The notes under the pieces were generated by a model. The model did no database searches. It saw nothing but the letters and a program-made list of their open reading frames with translations, and was not told the origin of the DNA. The translations under genes were made by a program, and so were the position numbers. 64,000 nucleotides of DNA from Mobula hypostoma (taxonomy: Eukaryota), in contig NC_086097.1 in NCBI RefSeq assembly GCF_963921235.1, forward strand, positions 79,548,001 through 79,612,000. Reading direction: 5' to 3'. Every line of letters starts with the position of its first letter. Position 1 is the stretch's first letter. Positions 13,096-26,267 of this stretch are shown here, one piece after another.

Positions 13096-14172
13096 CACAC
13101 ATCAAAGTTGCTGGTGAACGCAACAGGCCGGGCAGCATCTCTAGGAAGAGGTACAGTCAATGTTTCGGGCCGAGATCCTTCGTCAGGACTAACTGAAGGA
13201 AGAACTAGTCAGAGATTTGAAAGTGGGAGGGGGAGGGGGAGATCCAAAATGATAGGAGAAGACAGGAGGGGCAGGGATGGAGCCAAGAGCTGGATGGGTG
13301 ATTGGCAAAAGGGATATGAGAGGATCATGGGACAGGAGGCCTAGGGAGAAGGAAAAGGGGGGGGGGAACCCAGAGGATGGGCAAGGGGTACAGTCAGAGG
13401 GAGAAAAAGGAGAGAGAGAGAGAAAGAATCCGTGTATAGAAATACATAACGGATGGGGCACGAGGGGGAGGTGGGGCATCAGCAGAAGTTAGAGAAGTTA
13501 ATGTTCATGCCATCAGGCTGGAGGCTACCCAGACGGACTATAAGGTGCTGTTCCTCCGACCTGAGTGTGGCCCCATCTTTACAGCAGAGGAGGCATATAG
13601 ACATATAGAATATAGACATATCAGAATGGGAATGGGATGTGGAATTAAAATGTGTGGCCACTGGGAGATCTTGCTTCCTCTGGTGGACAGAGCATAGGTG
13701 TTCAGCAAAAAGATCTCCCAGTTTGCGTCGGGTCTCGCCAATACATAGAAGGCCACATCGGGAGCACTGGACGCAGTATATCACCTCAGCCGACTCACAG
13801 GTGAAGTGTCACCTCACCTGGAAGGACTGTCTGGGGCCCTGAATGGTGGTAAGGGAGGAAGTGTAAGGGCATGTGTAGCACTTGTTCCGCTTACATGCGC
13901 TCACACATTTTAATTCCACATCCCATTCCCATTCACCTGTCCAGCTCTTGGCTCCATCCCTCCCCCTCCTGTCTTCTCCTATCATTTTGGACCTCCCCCT
14001 CCCACTTTCAAATCTCTTACTAGCTCTTCCTTCAGTTAGTCCTGATGAAGGGTCTCGACCCGAAACGTCGACTGTACCTCTTCCTAGAGATGCTGCCTGG
14101 CCTGCTGCGTTCACCAGCAACTTTGATGTGTGTTGCTTGAATTTCCAGCATCTGCAGAATTCCTCGTGTTTC
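13096..14172. mobile_element. Penelope-like element with GIY-YIG remnant and inverted pseudo-LTRs
   Basis: ORF 13479-13784 (-) reads IYCVQCSRCGLLCIGETRRKLGDLFAEHL. Arms at about 13096-13310 and 13935-14135 are inverted. The 13-bp TSD is AGTGATTAATTAG (13083-13095, 14173-14185). Confidence 0.88.
14038..14073 (+). ncRNA. Minimal type I hammerhead ribozyme motif in a Penelope pseudo-LTR
   Basis: agtc-CTGATGA-a-GGGTCTCGACCC-GAAA-C-GTC-gact: both core boxes, stem II hairpin, GUC cleavage triplet and stem I (agtc/gact) are present. Confidence 0.75.
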
Positions 14173-15694
14173 AGTGATTAATTAGTATTCTTTCAGGAAA
14201 ATAAGATATTCACAGTATATTAATCTACATAGTGTATTTAATATAGGAAGCAATTCTACTATTTTGAGCCTCCCAGTGAATGCCTTTTCACTATACCGCA
14301 GTCAAGAACAATTTTTTTGATAAAGAATTCCTTAAGTTCCAACGGTTTTCTTACTTGTATCAGGATACAGCAGAGAAGTGAGATAGATAGTAGTTATGAC
14401 AAATACTTTTGGTGGGAACAGATGAAATATTATTTTCAAAACAGATACATTAGTAAAAAATAAATGCTTTATTCCAGTATTGGGGAGAGTGGAAACTCCA
14501 TCCTAGATATAAAACATTAAGTATGAAAGACGTAAGTTAGAAAATGTTTGATGCTGGGTTTAAAGTATAAAAGTGCTGCAAGCTATATAAAACAACTCTA
14601 AATGAACAAACCACTGCATATCATTTACCATAAAATAAAATTATTTAAATTGTAAAATTTCTCATTGAAAACCCAATAAACTATTGTTAAAAATGAGAGG
14701 TGAAAAACATACTTTATAATTCAAATTACCTGCAAGTTCTGAATAGACCAAAGAAGAATATGTTTTTTCAGTAGATTCTGGGAAAATTTCATGTTTGGAT
14801 TGTTTTATAGAGCAAACTCCCAAGAAATAGCCATTGGCAATTTACTTTGATCTGAAGCTAAATACACCTGTAAATAAAACCAAAAATGTAACACTAAAAA
14901 AAGTCTAAACTAATAGCCCTGTAGAGATGGGTGGGTTTGTGCTTTGCAGAGCCTGCAGACTGAAGTATTAATATCATTAAGGATGCATTTTTTCTTCATT
15001 TTATATCTCACCTTCCATAAACTGCAAGAATTCAACAAAGCACAGATGCCTTGTCATCAATGCTTGGATGAAGAAGTTCTAGATGAGAGAATGCTGATGG
15101 CTATTATTTATTTAAGTTTGAGAAGCCATTTGATAAGATACCTCATTGGAGAATGTTAATTAAAGTTAATATTCTTGAAATGAAGTTAATTTATAGATCT
15201 GGCTAAGCAGGAGTCACTAAGTAAGGGTAATAAGCATGTGCTCAAACTGGGAGGATGTGATCAGTGATCGTGTTCCATTATCGGGTTAGAACTAGCAGCA
15301 TTTGTAAATGACTTAAGATGTTGGTTTACAATGGAAAGCATGTAATGAAACTAAGATTGGTAGTATAATAGCAATACAAACATAAATACTGAATTACAAA
15401 GTGATAATAAAAATAAAACAAATGGGCAAAGCGGGCAAATGGATTTGAAAGCAGACAAATGTGAAGCTATCTACTTTGAAACTAATCTGTATATGGTCTG
15501 AGTGATAATGACCCAACAATGGAAATCTAAAACATATTTTAGATGCTGGGTGAGGTTCTTGTACATAATCAAAATGTCATGGATATATACAGAAAACAGT
15601 CAAAGTTGCTGCTGGAATGCCTTTTTATCTAGAGAACTGGAATATAAATAGCTCATTGGAACAATGTTCAAGTTAGTCCATATTCTCTTTCATC

Positions 15695-16660
15695 CTTAGA
15701 CACAATCATCCCATCCAAACCCATCATTAAGTTCAAAACCTGGGGCCCTGTACATCCTTTTGTAATTGGATACTTGACTTCCTCATTTGCGGAGTTCAAT
15801 CAGTGATGACGGATATCAACATCTCCTCCTTGCTGACTATTAATACAGGTACATCTCAAGGCTGCCTGCGTAGCCACATGCTCTACTCTCTATACACACG
15901 TAACTGCGGAGCTAGGCACATCTCAAATGCCATCTTCAAATTGGCCGATACCACCACTGCTGTTGGATAAACAGCTTACTGGAGTAAGATAGGACATCAT
16001 GCTCATCATCAGCAAAACTACAGAACTGATTGTTGACTTCAGAAAGGGGAAGGAGGATGAACGTACTAGTTTACATTGGGGGATCGGCAGTGGAGAGAGT
16101 CAGCAGATTTAAATCCCTGGGCATGAGTGCAATATTCCTGAACAATGAATGAATATTGGACGATCTGTCCTGTGCTCAGCTCATAAATGCAATCATAAGG
16201 AATGCACACAAGTGTCTTTACTTTCTTAGGAAGTTAAGGAGGTTTGGCTTGTCATTGAACACTCTAAGCAAACTTTGACAGATGTATTGTTGAAAGTATC
16301 GTGAGTAGCTGCATCATGTACAGCACTTTGTATATGAGGAACATAAGAAGCTGTAAAAAGAAGTGAGCTCTGCCCAATATATCATGGCACATCCCTTCCC
16401 ACCTTGGTAATATCTACAGGAGGTGCTGCCTCAAGATAGCAACGTCCTTCATCAAAGATCCTCATCATCCGAGCCATGCCACCTTTTAGCAGCTGTCATC
16501 AGGCAGGAGGTTCAGAAGCCTGGGAACAGTATCTAATTCCTAAACCAACGGCAAAACCCTATTCCCTACCGTTACACTAAAATGGGCTTTGTTCCTCTTG
16601 TATTGTAACTACTTTCTTGTAAAAATGATGTAAAATTTATGTTTAAGTTATGTTTCAGGG
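15695..16660 (+). mobile_element. Decayed Rex1-like LINE fragment
   Basis: Similar to 8260-9045 and 9441-10373 (LCNWILDFL, KLADTTT motifs). Confidence 0.6.
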
Positions 16661-16944
16661 AATAAGTAATTTACATCTATTTTTACGTTCAGCATGTAGA
16701 TGAAGAGTTTCCCACATTGCGAGTTGTTTGGGTTACTTGTTGTCACTTTTTATAGTAATATCCAGAAGGGTTAATGAATGGGTAGGACAAGTATGCTTGC
16801 AGAGCAAGCACCTTTGGCTATATCCTTAACATCAAGTGACGGAAGTTGTGTTATACATGTATGTAAATGCCATACTTTCAATTTCTTATCCTGATATAGG
16901 TCTCAAGATCAATGGCATATGGAAATTGCTTGCTGTTCCCTGTT

Positions 16945-17166
16945 GGGGTGGCATGGTAGCATAGCGGTCAGCCGAACACTTTACAGCAAGAGCAGCCCAT
17001 ATTCAATTCCTGCTGCCGTCTATAAGGAGTTCGTGATTGCATGGATTTCCTTCGGGTATTCCAGTTTCCTTCCACACTCCAAAGACGTACAGGTTAGTAG
17101 GTTAATTGGTCATACGGGTATAATTGGACTCGTTAGGCCAGAAGGGCCTGTTACCTGTGCTCTAAG
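16945..17166 (+). mobile_element. tRNA-derived V-SINE (HE1-like)
   Basis: A/B-box-like head followed by ttccagtttccttccacactccaaagacgtacaggttag, with a CR1-like tail gaagggcctgtt. Confidence 0.7.
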
Positions 17167-17854
17167 TAAAAATTATTCTCAGATACTCTGATTTTTTTGT
17201 GTCATCTTTTGTCATGGAAACAAACTAGAGGAGATGGACTTGTACAGATTTAGCAGGAAGGCTTACAGTACAAATTAGTGCCTTAGATGTTGCTGCTTGT
17301 CTTAGGTACCTGGAGCTGCTTCTTGGTATATCTACAGTACATCCTCAGAGGGCAGATTTTTACCAAGTGCTACATTACCAATTCCAAGAGAATTTAATTT
17401 GAAGTGTTCAGTTGAAAAATGCCATGTTCTATGAATAAAGAAGGCTTTGAAAATCACCAGATTAGTTTGCATTCCTACAGAAAATGGAAATTGCAGAATG
17501 AAAAATATTAAATAGTCAGATTAATGCTTTAATTATAAAAAAAATGACTTTTATTATTGACATACATCTTGAATTAAATTACATAAAATCATCCATACTA
17601 ATTGTATTAATGGAGCAATGAACCACAGACCTGGTCTAAGGATCTTAAGACACAAATTCAAATCTCTCTACAGCCTCAGGAGAATTAAAATTCAAATTTA
17701 AGCAAGTAATTAAATAAATATATAATAAAATGCAAATATCTAACAACGAATATGAAACTTAAGGATTTTTGTGGAAACCTATCTGGTTCATAATGCCCTA
17801 TTGGAAATTTTCTGTTCTTTCACAGCTGCACCTACATCAGACAGAAAAACAAAT

Positions 17855-18500
17855 TTAAAAACTGCAGATGCTGGAAACTGGAAACAAAAATCAAAGGTGC
17901 TGGAAACAGACAGCAGGTCAGCAGGAAAGATTAACAGTTAATTCCAGAAATGGAAGACAGAGAAAATCATATTAGATTTCAATAGGAATGAAGATGGAGA
18001 ACAGAACAAAAGGAATATATTTGAAAGGGCAAGTGCAAATGGGTTTATGAGGGCAGTTACCATCACATTATGCTTCTTTGTCTGTGTCATGCGTTGTAAA
18101 TGGTGAGGTGTGGGGTATGCCCAGCAGGCCAAGATATAAGAGAAAAACTGAGCTAGAATGATGATATTCTGAGACATTCGGAAAGAAAGACTAAAATACT
18201 TTGTACAAAAAACTGGAGGATTTAGCAATGAGTCCTGAAGGCTGTAATATGGAAGATGAGGTGATGTTTCTCAAGCTTGTAACAGTGCAGGCAGCCACAA
18301 ACCAAAAGGCCAAAATAGGAGTGAGGTGGTGACTTAAAGTAGCAGGCAATCTACGTTTTGTCCAATGTATGAGAGACCACATTGTGAACACCAAATGTAG
18401 TACACTAAGAAGTAGAAGTGAATTACTGTTCCACATATATATGATTCATGACAATACATCCAATACTTATCTGACTTGGAATGGACTAGTACTACAACAT
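17855..18500 (-). mobile_element. Old decayed Penelope-like remnant
   Basis: ctgcagatgctggaa terminus, and a translated remnant VYYIWCSQCGLSYIGQ (GIY-YIG-like) in ORF 18334-18549. Confidence 0.55.
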
Positions 18501-18730
18501 GCAGTTTAAAAAGGAGGTTTACCACAACAGGGCATTTCAGGATAAGCAATAAATACAGGCCTTTTCAGTGACATTCTAATTCAGTAAATAAATAAAACAA
18601 ATTTAAATTCATTCAAATACGACCTTATGTATGGGCTTTTTCCATTGAGATTTGGTGAGACTAGAACTAGAGGATATGGATTAAGGGTGAATGGAGAAAT
18701 ATTTAATGGGAATATGATTCTATGTTTCTA

Positions 18731-19090
<360 letters not shown>

Positions 19091-19116
19091 AAAAAAAAAA
19101 GAAAAAGATAAAAAAG

Positions 19117-19986
19117 TCTACAAGTATGTGAAGAGCAAGAGGATAAGACGTGAGAGAATAGGACCCATCAAGTGTGACAGTGGAAAAGTGTGTATGGAAC
19201 TAGAGGAGATAGCAGAGGCACTTAATGAATTCTTTGCTTCAGTATTCACTATGGAAAAGGATCCTGGCGACTGTAGGGATGACTTATAGCGGACTGAAAA
19301 GCTTGAGCATAAAGATATTAATGTTGAAAGGTATGGACAGAGTGGATGTGGCAAAGTTGTTTCCCATGATGGGGGAGTCTAGTACGAGAGGGCATGACTT
19401 AAGGATTGAAGGGCGCCCATTCAGAACAGAAATGTGAAGAAATTTTTTTTAGTCAGAGGTTGATGAATCTATGGAATTTGTTGCCACGGGCAGCAGTGGA
19501 GGCCAAGTCATTGGGTGTACTTAAGGCAGAGATTGATAGGTATCTGAGTAGCCAGGGCATCAAAGGTTATGGTGAGAAGGCGGGGGAGTGGGACTAAATG
19601 GGAGAATGGATCAGCTCATGATAAAATGGCGGAGCAGACTCGTTGAGCCGAATGGCTGACTTCTGCTCCTTTGTCTTATGGTCTTATTAAGAAAGAGGAC
19701 GTGCTGGAGCTTTTGGAAAGCATCAAGTTGGACAAGTCTCTGGGACCAGATGTGATTTATCCCAGGCTACTGTGGGAGGCAAGGGAGGAGATTGCTGAGC
19801 CTCTGGCGATGATCTTTGCATGATCAATGAGGACAGGAGAAGTTCCGGAGGATTGAAGGGTTGCAAATGTTGTTCCCCTGTTCAAGAAAGGGAGTAGAGA
19901 TAGCCCAGGAAATTATAGACCAGTGAGTCTTATTTCAGTGTGTGACGGGACCCTGTGCTCGTTGACCCCTATTAACTGTGCTTTTG

Positions 19987-20027
<41 letters not shown>

Positions 20028-23000
20028 ATTTACCAGCGATAGCTCGTTTGTAAAAGAGAGAGAGAGATGAAGATTAACTGTTGGACTGTCACTTTAAGGC
20101 ACTGGAAGTAACTTTGGATTTCTACTGAGTTGGAAGTGGAGATAGTACCGGGCAGCTAGTAAGTTACAAGCAACACACATCAAAGTTGCTGGTGAACGAG
20201 CTAGTAAGTTGCTATGGTGACCGAGGGTGTGATTAAATGGACAATTGATGTTATGATTTTTGGCAGGTTGTTGATACTTTCTTCAAGGATTTTTGCCTGC
20301 TTGCATTTCTTTCACAGAGAGAAGAAGGAGGAGTTATTTGAATGACAGGTGGTACCCAGTACGGTGAAATAAATAGAAGGACAGATGATACAGACCTCAG
20401 ACACATGTTCTGGACACTGAATGAGCATTGTTGTGCCCGCAGAAAAAGTGGGTTTTGTTGGATCGATCAGGCGGATCGATCCATTGCTCTTGCAGTGGAA
20501 AGAGGAAAAGGGTTGACTGGTGGGGAGTTGTCCATGTGTCCACCCTCGCCTAGGGGATAGCTCCACCACAGAAAACTGGTCCCCTTTGTTAAAGTCACAG
20601 TTGGTGACTTCTAAAGGATTTTGAAGGACAACGAGAAGATCGATGGCGTCAGCTCACCTGAAGACTCAAATCCCTCTCTCCATCACTACTCAACTAAATA
20701 CCATGAACTGAACTGAAATGAACTTTACTCATCATTGTAAGACTGCATCTTTTTACCCCTAGACTTAAAGAAGCTTGGTTTTTCATACATATATTTCCAC
20801 AATTACTGATTTACTTATTTATATATGTAATCATTGCTAACCTGTTTGATTTATCTACATTTATATTACTGTATTGTGTAGTTACTAATAAATATTATTA
20901 GTTTATAGTAATACTGGACTCCAAAGTGTTTTCCATCTCTGCTGGTTCTTTATTCCCGTCATGGGGATCGTGACAAGTGGTTGGTAAGATGATGGAAAAG
21001 ATCTTGAGAGTCAGGATTTATGAACATTTGCAGAGGCATAATATGATTAGGAATAGTCAGCATGGCTTTGTCAAAGGCAGGTCATGCCTTACGAGCCTGA
21101 TTGAATTTTTTGAGGGTGTGACTAAACACGTTGATGAAGGTAGAGCAGTAGATGTAGTGTATATGGATTTCAGCAAGGCATTTGATAAGTTACCCCATGC
21201 AAGGCTTATTGAGAAAGTAGGGAGGCATGGGATCCATGGGGACTTTACTTTATGGATCCAGAATTGGCTTGCCCACAGAAGGCAAAGAGTGGTTGTAGAT
21301 GGGTCATATTCTGCATGGAGATTGGTGATCATTGGTGTGCCTCAGGGATCTGTTCTGGGACCCTTTCTCTTTGTGATTTTTATAAATGACCTGGATGAAG
21401 AAGTGGACGGATGGGTTAGTAAATTTGCTGATGATACAAAGGTTGGGGATGTTATGGATAGTGTGGAGGGCTGTCACAGGTTACAGCGGGACATCAATAG
21501 GATGCAAAACTGAGCTGAGAAGTGGCAGATGGAGTTCAACCCAGGTAAGTTCAAAGTTCTGAGATGCAACGGGACTTGGGAGTCCTTGTACAGGATACCC
21601 TTAAAGTTAACCTCCAGGTTGAGTCAGTAGTGAAGAAGGCCGAATGCAGTGTTGGCATTCATTTCTAGAGGAATAGAGTATAGGAGCAGGGATGTGATGC
21701 TGAGGCTCTATAAGGCACTGGTGAGACCTCACTTGGAGTACTGTGGGCAGTTTTGGTCTCCTTATTTAAGAAAGGATGTGCTGACGTTGGAGAGGGTACA
21801 GAGTAGATTCACTAGAATGATTCCAGGAATGAGAGGGTTAACATATGAGGAACATTTGTCCGCTCTTGGACTGTATTCTTTGGAGTTTAGAAGAATGAGG
21901 GGAGGCCTCATAGAAACATTTTGAATGTTAAAAGGCATGGACAGAGTGGATGTGGCAAAGTTGTTTCCCATGATGGGGGAGTCTAGTATGAGAGGGCATG
22001 ACTTAAGGATTGAAGGGCGCCCATTCAGAACAGAAATGCGAACAAATTTTTTTAGTCAGCGGGTGGTGAATCTATGGAATTTGTTGCCACGGGCAGCAGT
22101 GGAGGCCGAGTCATTGGGTGTATTTAAGGCAGAGATTGATAGGTATCTGAGTAGCCAGGGCATCAAAGGTTATGGTGAGAAGGCGGGGGAGTGGGACTAA
22201 ATAGGAGAATGGATCAGCTCATGATAAAATGGCGGAGCAGACTCGATGGGCCAAATGGCCTACTTCTGCTCCTTTGTCTTATGGTCTTATAAATGCGAGG
22301 TGATTCATTTTGGTAGGTCAAATATGATGGCAGGATATAGTGTTAATGGTAAGACTCTCGGCAGTGTGGAGGATCAGAGGGATCTTGGAGTCCGAGTTCA
22401 TAGGACGCTCAAAGCTGCTGCGTAGGTTGACTCTGTGGTTAAGAAGGCATACGGTGTATTGCCTTCATCAACCATGGGACTGAGTTTAAGAGCCGAGAGG
22501 TAATGTTACAGCTATATAGGATCCTGGTCAGACCCCACTTGGAGTACTGGGCTCAGTTCTGGTCACCTCACTGCAGGAAGGATGTGGAAACTATAGAAAG
22601 GGTGCACAGGAAATTTACAAGGATGTTGCCTGGATTGGGGAGTATGCCTTATGAGAATAGGTTGAGTGAACTTGGCCTTTTCTCCTTGGAGTGACGGAAG
22701 ATGAGAGGTGACCTGATAGAGGTGTATAAGATGATGAGAGGCACTGATCATGTGGATAGTCAAAGGCTTTTTCCCAGGGCTGAAATGGCTAACGTGAGAG
22801 GTCACAGTTTTAAGGTGCTTGGAAGTTGGTCCAGAGGAGATGTCAGGGTAAGTGCTTTACGCCGAGAGTGGTGAGTACATGGAATAGGCTGCCTGTGACG
22901 GTGCTGGAGGTGGATATGATAGGGTCTTTTAAGCGACTACTGGATAGGTGCATGGAACTTCGAAAAATAGAGGCCTATGGGTAACCCTAGGTAATTTCTA

Positions 23001-23075
23001 AAGTAGATACATGTTCGGCACAGCATTGCGGACTGAAGGGCCAGTACTGTGCTGTAGGTTGTCTACGTTTCTATG
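19117..23075 (+). mobile_element. 5'-truncated CR1 LINE with nested CR1 3' fragments (about 19321-19687 and 21549-22290) and a solo LTR
   Basis: RT motifs QHGFVKGRSCLT, YMDFSKAFD, GVPQGSVLGP and KFADD (ORF 20977-21513), LVRPHLEY, and a ttctatg-type tail. The host sequence resumes after each insert. Confidence 0.9.
19941..20975 (+). mobile_element. Solo LTR (Gypsy/Gmr1-like), 1035 bp
   Basis: TGTGACG...CGTGACA ends and 4-bp TSD AGTG (19937-19940, 20976-20979). AATAAA lies near 20887 and a (GA)n tract near 19991-20024. Confidence 0.85.
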
Positions 23076-23667
23076 AGGGGGATCTTTTTCACTCAGAGAG
23101 TGGTAAGAGTGTGGAACAAGTTAAAAGCAGAAGTGGTAGATGCGGTTGCAATTTCAACATTTAAGAGAAATTTCGATAGGCCTACAGAGGGGAGGAGTAA
23201 GGAAGGCTAAGGTCCATGTGGAGGTCGATAGGACTAGGCAGATTAATAATTTGGCATGGACTAAATAAGTCAAAGGATCAGATTCCATGATGTAGTGTAC
23301 TATGACTCTGTGACTCATAATAAATAAAAATCTTTCTAATAAATATTTGCAGGAACACAACTAGACAATTTACCTCCATAAACCTGCTCCACCATTCACT
23401 TACTGAACCTAACTACACTTTCTTGTAATCCATGATTATGTATTTTGCCACTACTAACATGCATCAAGAAACAAATGATTCTAATCCTTTTTCAAGACTA
23501 CGAATAAACTCTTTCTCTTATTTTGGAGGAAAATGAAGTCCTGGATAGCAGTGTGGATTCAGAAAATTTAATACAGTCATCTTCTTCCACTTAGGATATG
23601 CAGAACAAAGCAGTATTTTACAGTTTTACTGTAGTGCATTGACAGTGCTAACCCAGACAAATCCTAT

Positions 23668-24056
23668 AATCCCACTCCCACCAGGGAGGAGGCTATGCAG
23701 CATCTACACCAGGACCACCAGATTCAAAAACAGTTACTTTCCCCAAGCAGTATGGCTGATCAACTGCTCCACCCACCAATCCACCTCTCCATACCCCCAC
23801 AACCACTACTTTATCATTTCCTGTCAGTCAACTCATGTACAGACACTTCTGTGACGAGCATTAGTTTATGGACATACAATTAATCTATGTATATAAGCTA
23901 TCTCATGTATTTAAACTTATTGTGTTTTTTTATGATTGTGTTCTTTATCTTATTGTGTCTAATTGTGCTGCAACAGATCCAGAATAACAATTATTTAATT
24001 CTACTTTACACTTGTGTATTGGAAATGACACTAAACAATCTTGTCTTGTCTTGTCT
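23668..24056 (+). mobile_element. Rex1-like LINE 3' end
   Basis: LPPGRRLCSI.TRTTRFKNSYFPQA C-terminal motif and a (tcttg)n tail. Confidence 0.65.
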
Positions 24057-24604
24057 GAACAGAAGGGAGTATCCTTGACACAGCTAAAAACTTTGGTTTT
24101 GTTTTGTTCTAAAGACTTGAATCAAAATCAGAACAAATATACAAAAATGATTTTTTTAAACTGTTCAATGCTACAAAAATTACTGACTTTTGGCCTTTAG
24201 TAATAGATGCATTTCAATAACCTGTACAACATATAATCTATTCTTACAAATTCCACACCTCCTTCTGGTGACAAAGACAATGAAATCTAGTTCTTATTGC
24301 ACAGTTAGAGTCGAGGGAATGACTGCTGGTGGTGTTAGGACTCTAAGGCACAGAATTAGGTACCTCGGCCTATCATGCCTGCTCTGCCATTTGATTATGA
24401 TTGATTTATTTTCCCTCTCAACTCCATTCTTCTGCCTTCTCCCATAACCTTTGATGTCCTTATTAATCAAGAACCTATCAACTTCTGTTTTGAATATACC
24501 TGATGATTTGGCATCCTCAGTTATCTATGTAAGTGCTGGATTTCCAGATTAGAATAATTTTTGTGCTGATCTGATCTGATCCAATTCAATCCTTCTACAA
24601 TTAC

Positions 24605-24897
24605 TTAAAAAATTAAGAATAGTCCCTTCTGCCCCTTTGAGCTGCACCACCCCGCAGTCCTCAGCAACCCCCAATTTAACTCTAACCTAATCATGGGTCA
24701 ATTTACAATGACTAATTAACCTACTAACTGGTACCTCTTCGGACTATGGGAGGAAACTAGAGCACCTGGAGAAAACCCATGCATTCCATGCGGAGGACAT
24801 ACAGACATCCTACAGAGGATTGAAGTCCGAACTCTAATGCCCCAATGCCCAAAGCTGTAATAGTGTTATGCTAACCACTACACTAATGTGGCATCCC
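24605..24897 (-). mobile_element. V-SINE (HE1-like)
   Basis: Reverse complement of the V-SINE central domain (ggactatgggaggaaactagagcacctggagaaaaccca). Confidence 0.65.
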
Positions 24898-25335
24898 ATA
24901 CAACATTCATCATATCTGTTGTGGTAAGGATAATACATTAAAGAAAATAATTCTCTCTGGTTGCAATTTACCATTTCCACCTCCCCATTCTGATGATGCA
25001 GGTATCTTTCTTTCTAAGAATAGTTAGAATCTCTTCATGGACATGTCGCTGATTTTATGAATTTTAACTACCCACTATGGGATGCCCAGAGAGGGGTAGC
25101 ACCTTTGGTGAAGGGGCTTGTCATGTCCATTCAGGAGCAGCTTCTTTTGTTCCCACTGGACAATCAGTTCTCACCTCTCCAAGTAGCCGTTTGCATGTGA
25201 CAGCAGCCACACCCTGCTACACTGCTTCGACAGGCAGGCTAAAACAGATGAGCAACATCATACCCCCGTGAGCTAGGAACATGCCTGTCCTAGCATGTGA
25301 AGTCAAATCCAACAGACTGGGTGGATGAGATCTAT

Positions 25336-25511
25336 GTAAACATGAGGAAATCTGGAGATGCTGGAAATTCAAGCAACACACACAAAATGCTGGTGGAAGT
25401 AGCGGGCCAGGCAGGATCTATTGGAAGAGGTACAGGTGACGTTTCGTCACCTGTCCCTCTTCCAATAGATGCTGCCTGGCCTGCTGCGTTCCACCAGCAT
25501 TTTGTGTGTGT
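25336..25511. mobile_element. Miniature fold-back Penelope terminus
   Basis: Inverted arms of about 68 bp around a TTT loop (25442-25444), with 14-bp TSD TGGATGAGATCTAT (25322-25335, 25512-25525). Confidence 0.85.
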
Positions 25512-26267
25512 TGGATGAGATCTATAGTGAGATCCAATGCCCAGGAAGACAGTACTACAATGTTCTGTGGAGAGCGAAGGGCATGACCAGGCACAGAAGA
25601 CATCATGGTCGTCCACTATAACCAAGGAAGACCCCAGTTTGTGATGCTTGTTTGTACCATTGGACCCAGACTTCTGAGGTTGAGAGAGGGGAACGTCCCC
25701 AGTGCAAAGTCTTTTCCACTTTAAAAACACTCTCCTGCACAGGTTTTCTGTCATTGTTGGATATGATGGACAACCATCACCAGCCACCCAGTAGGTGATA
25801 ATTCAATTACTACTGAAAACAGTTGATTATCCTGTCATGTTTCTGGCAATTATAAGGTCCAGATGGTCACTGAAGAGAAACTGCAAGTACAAATATTTAA
25901 AAAAGCAATTCAGCAGTATTCTTTCTGGAACATGGTGTGACTTATTGCGCAAACTTCTGTTCCGAAACTCCAGGGGAGAAGTTTCTGAATTCAAATGTAA
26001 GCATTTACAGAAGATCACGAACAAGACAAAGAAAAAATATAGTCTATTTGTTCTAACTACTGATTTGCATTTGGTGATGCACATTGTCGAACATCTGGTC
26101 ACCATTTATGTAACTCAGAAATAATAGCTAAAGAAATTATTCTTTTTTCTATAACTACCACTTCAATATCCCCAAGTTATACTATGCATTTAACTTCAGA
26201 TAACTTTTATGTTTTAAAAAAAATTTAGATTTTTAGGGGAAGTGAAATGTATGTTTATATATCCTAC

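Noticed and set aside
25827..25985. Open frame after an acceptor-like site (ETSPLEFRNRSLRNK...) just downstream of the 138-nt exon
   Set aside because: It is in phase with gphn, but there is no good donor site and no recognisable homology.
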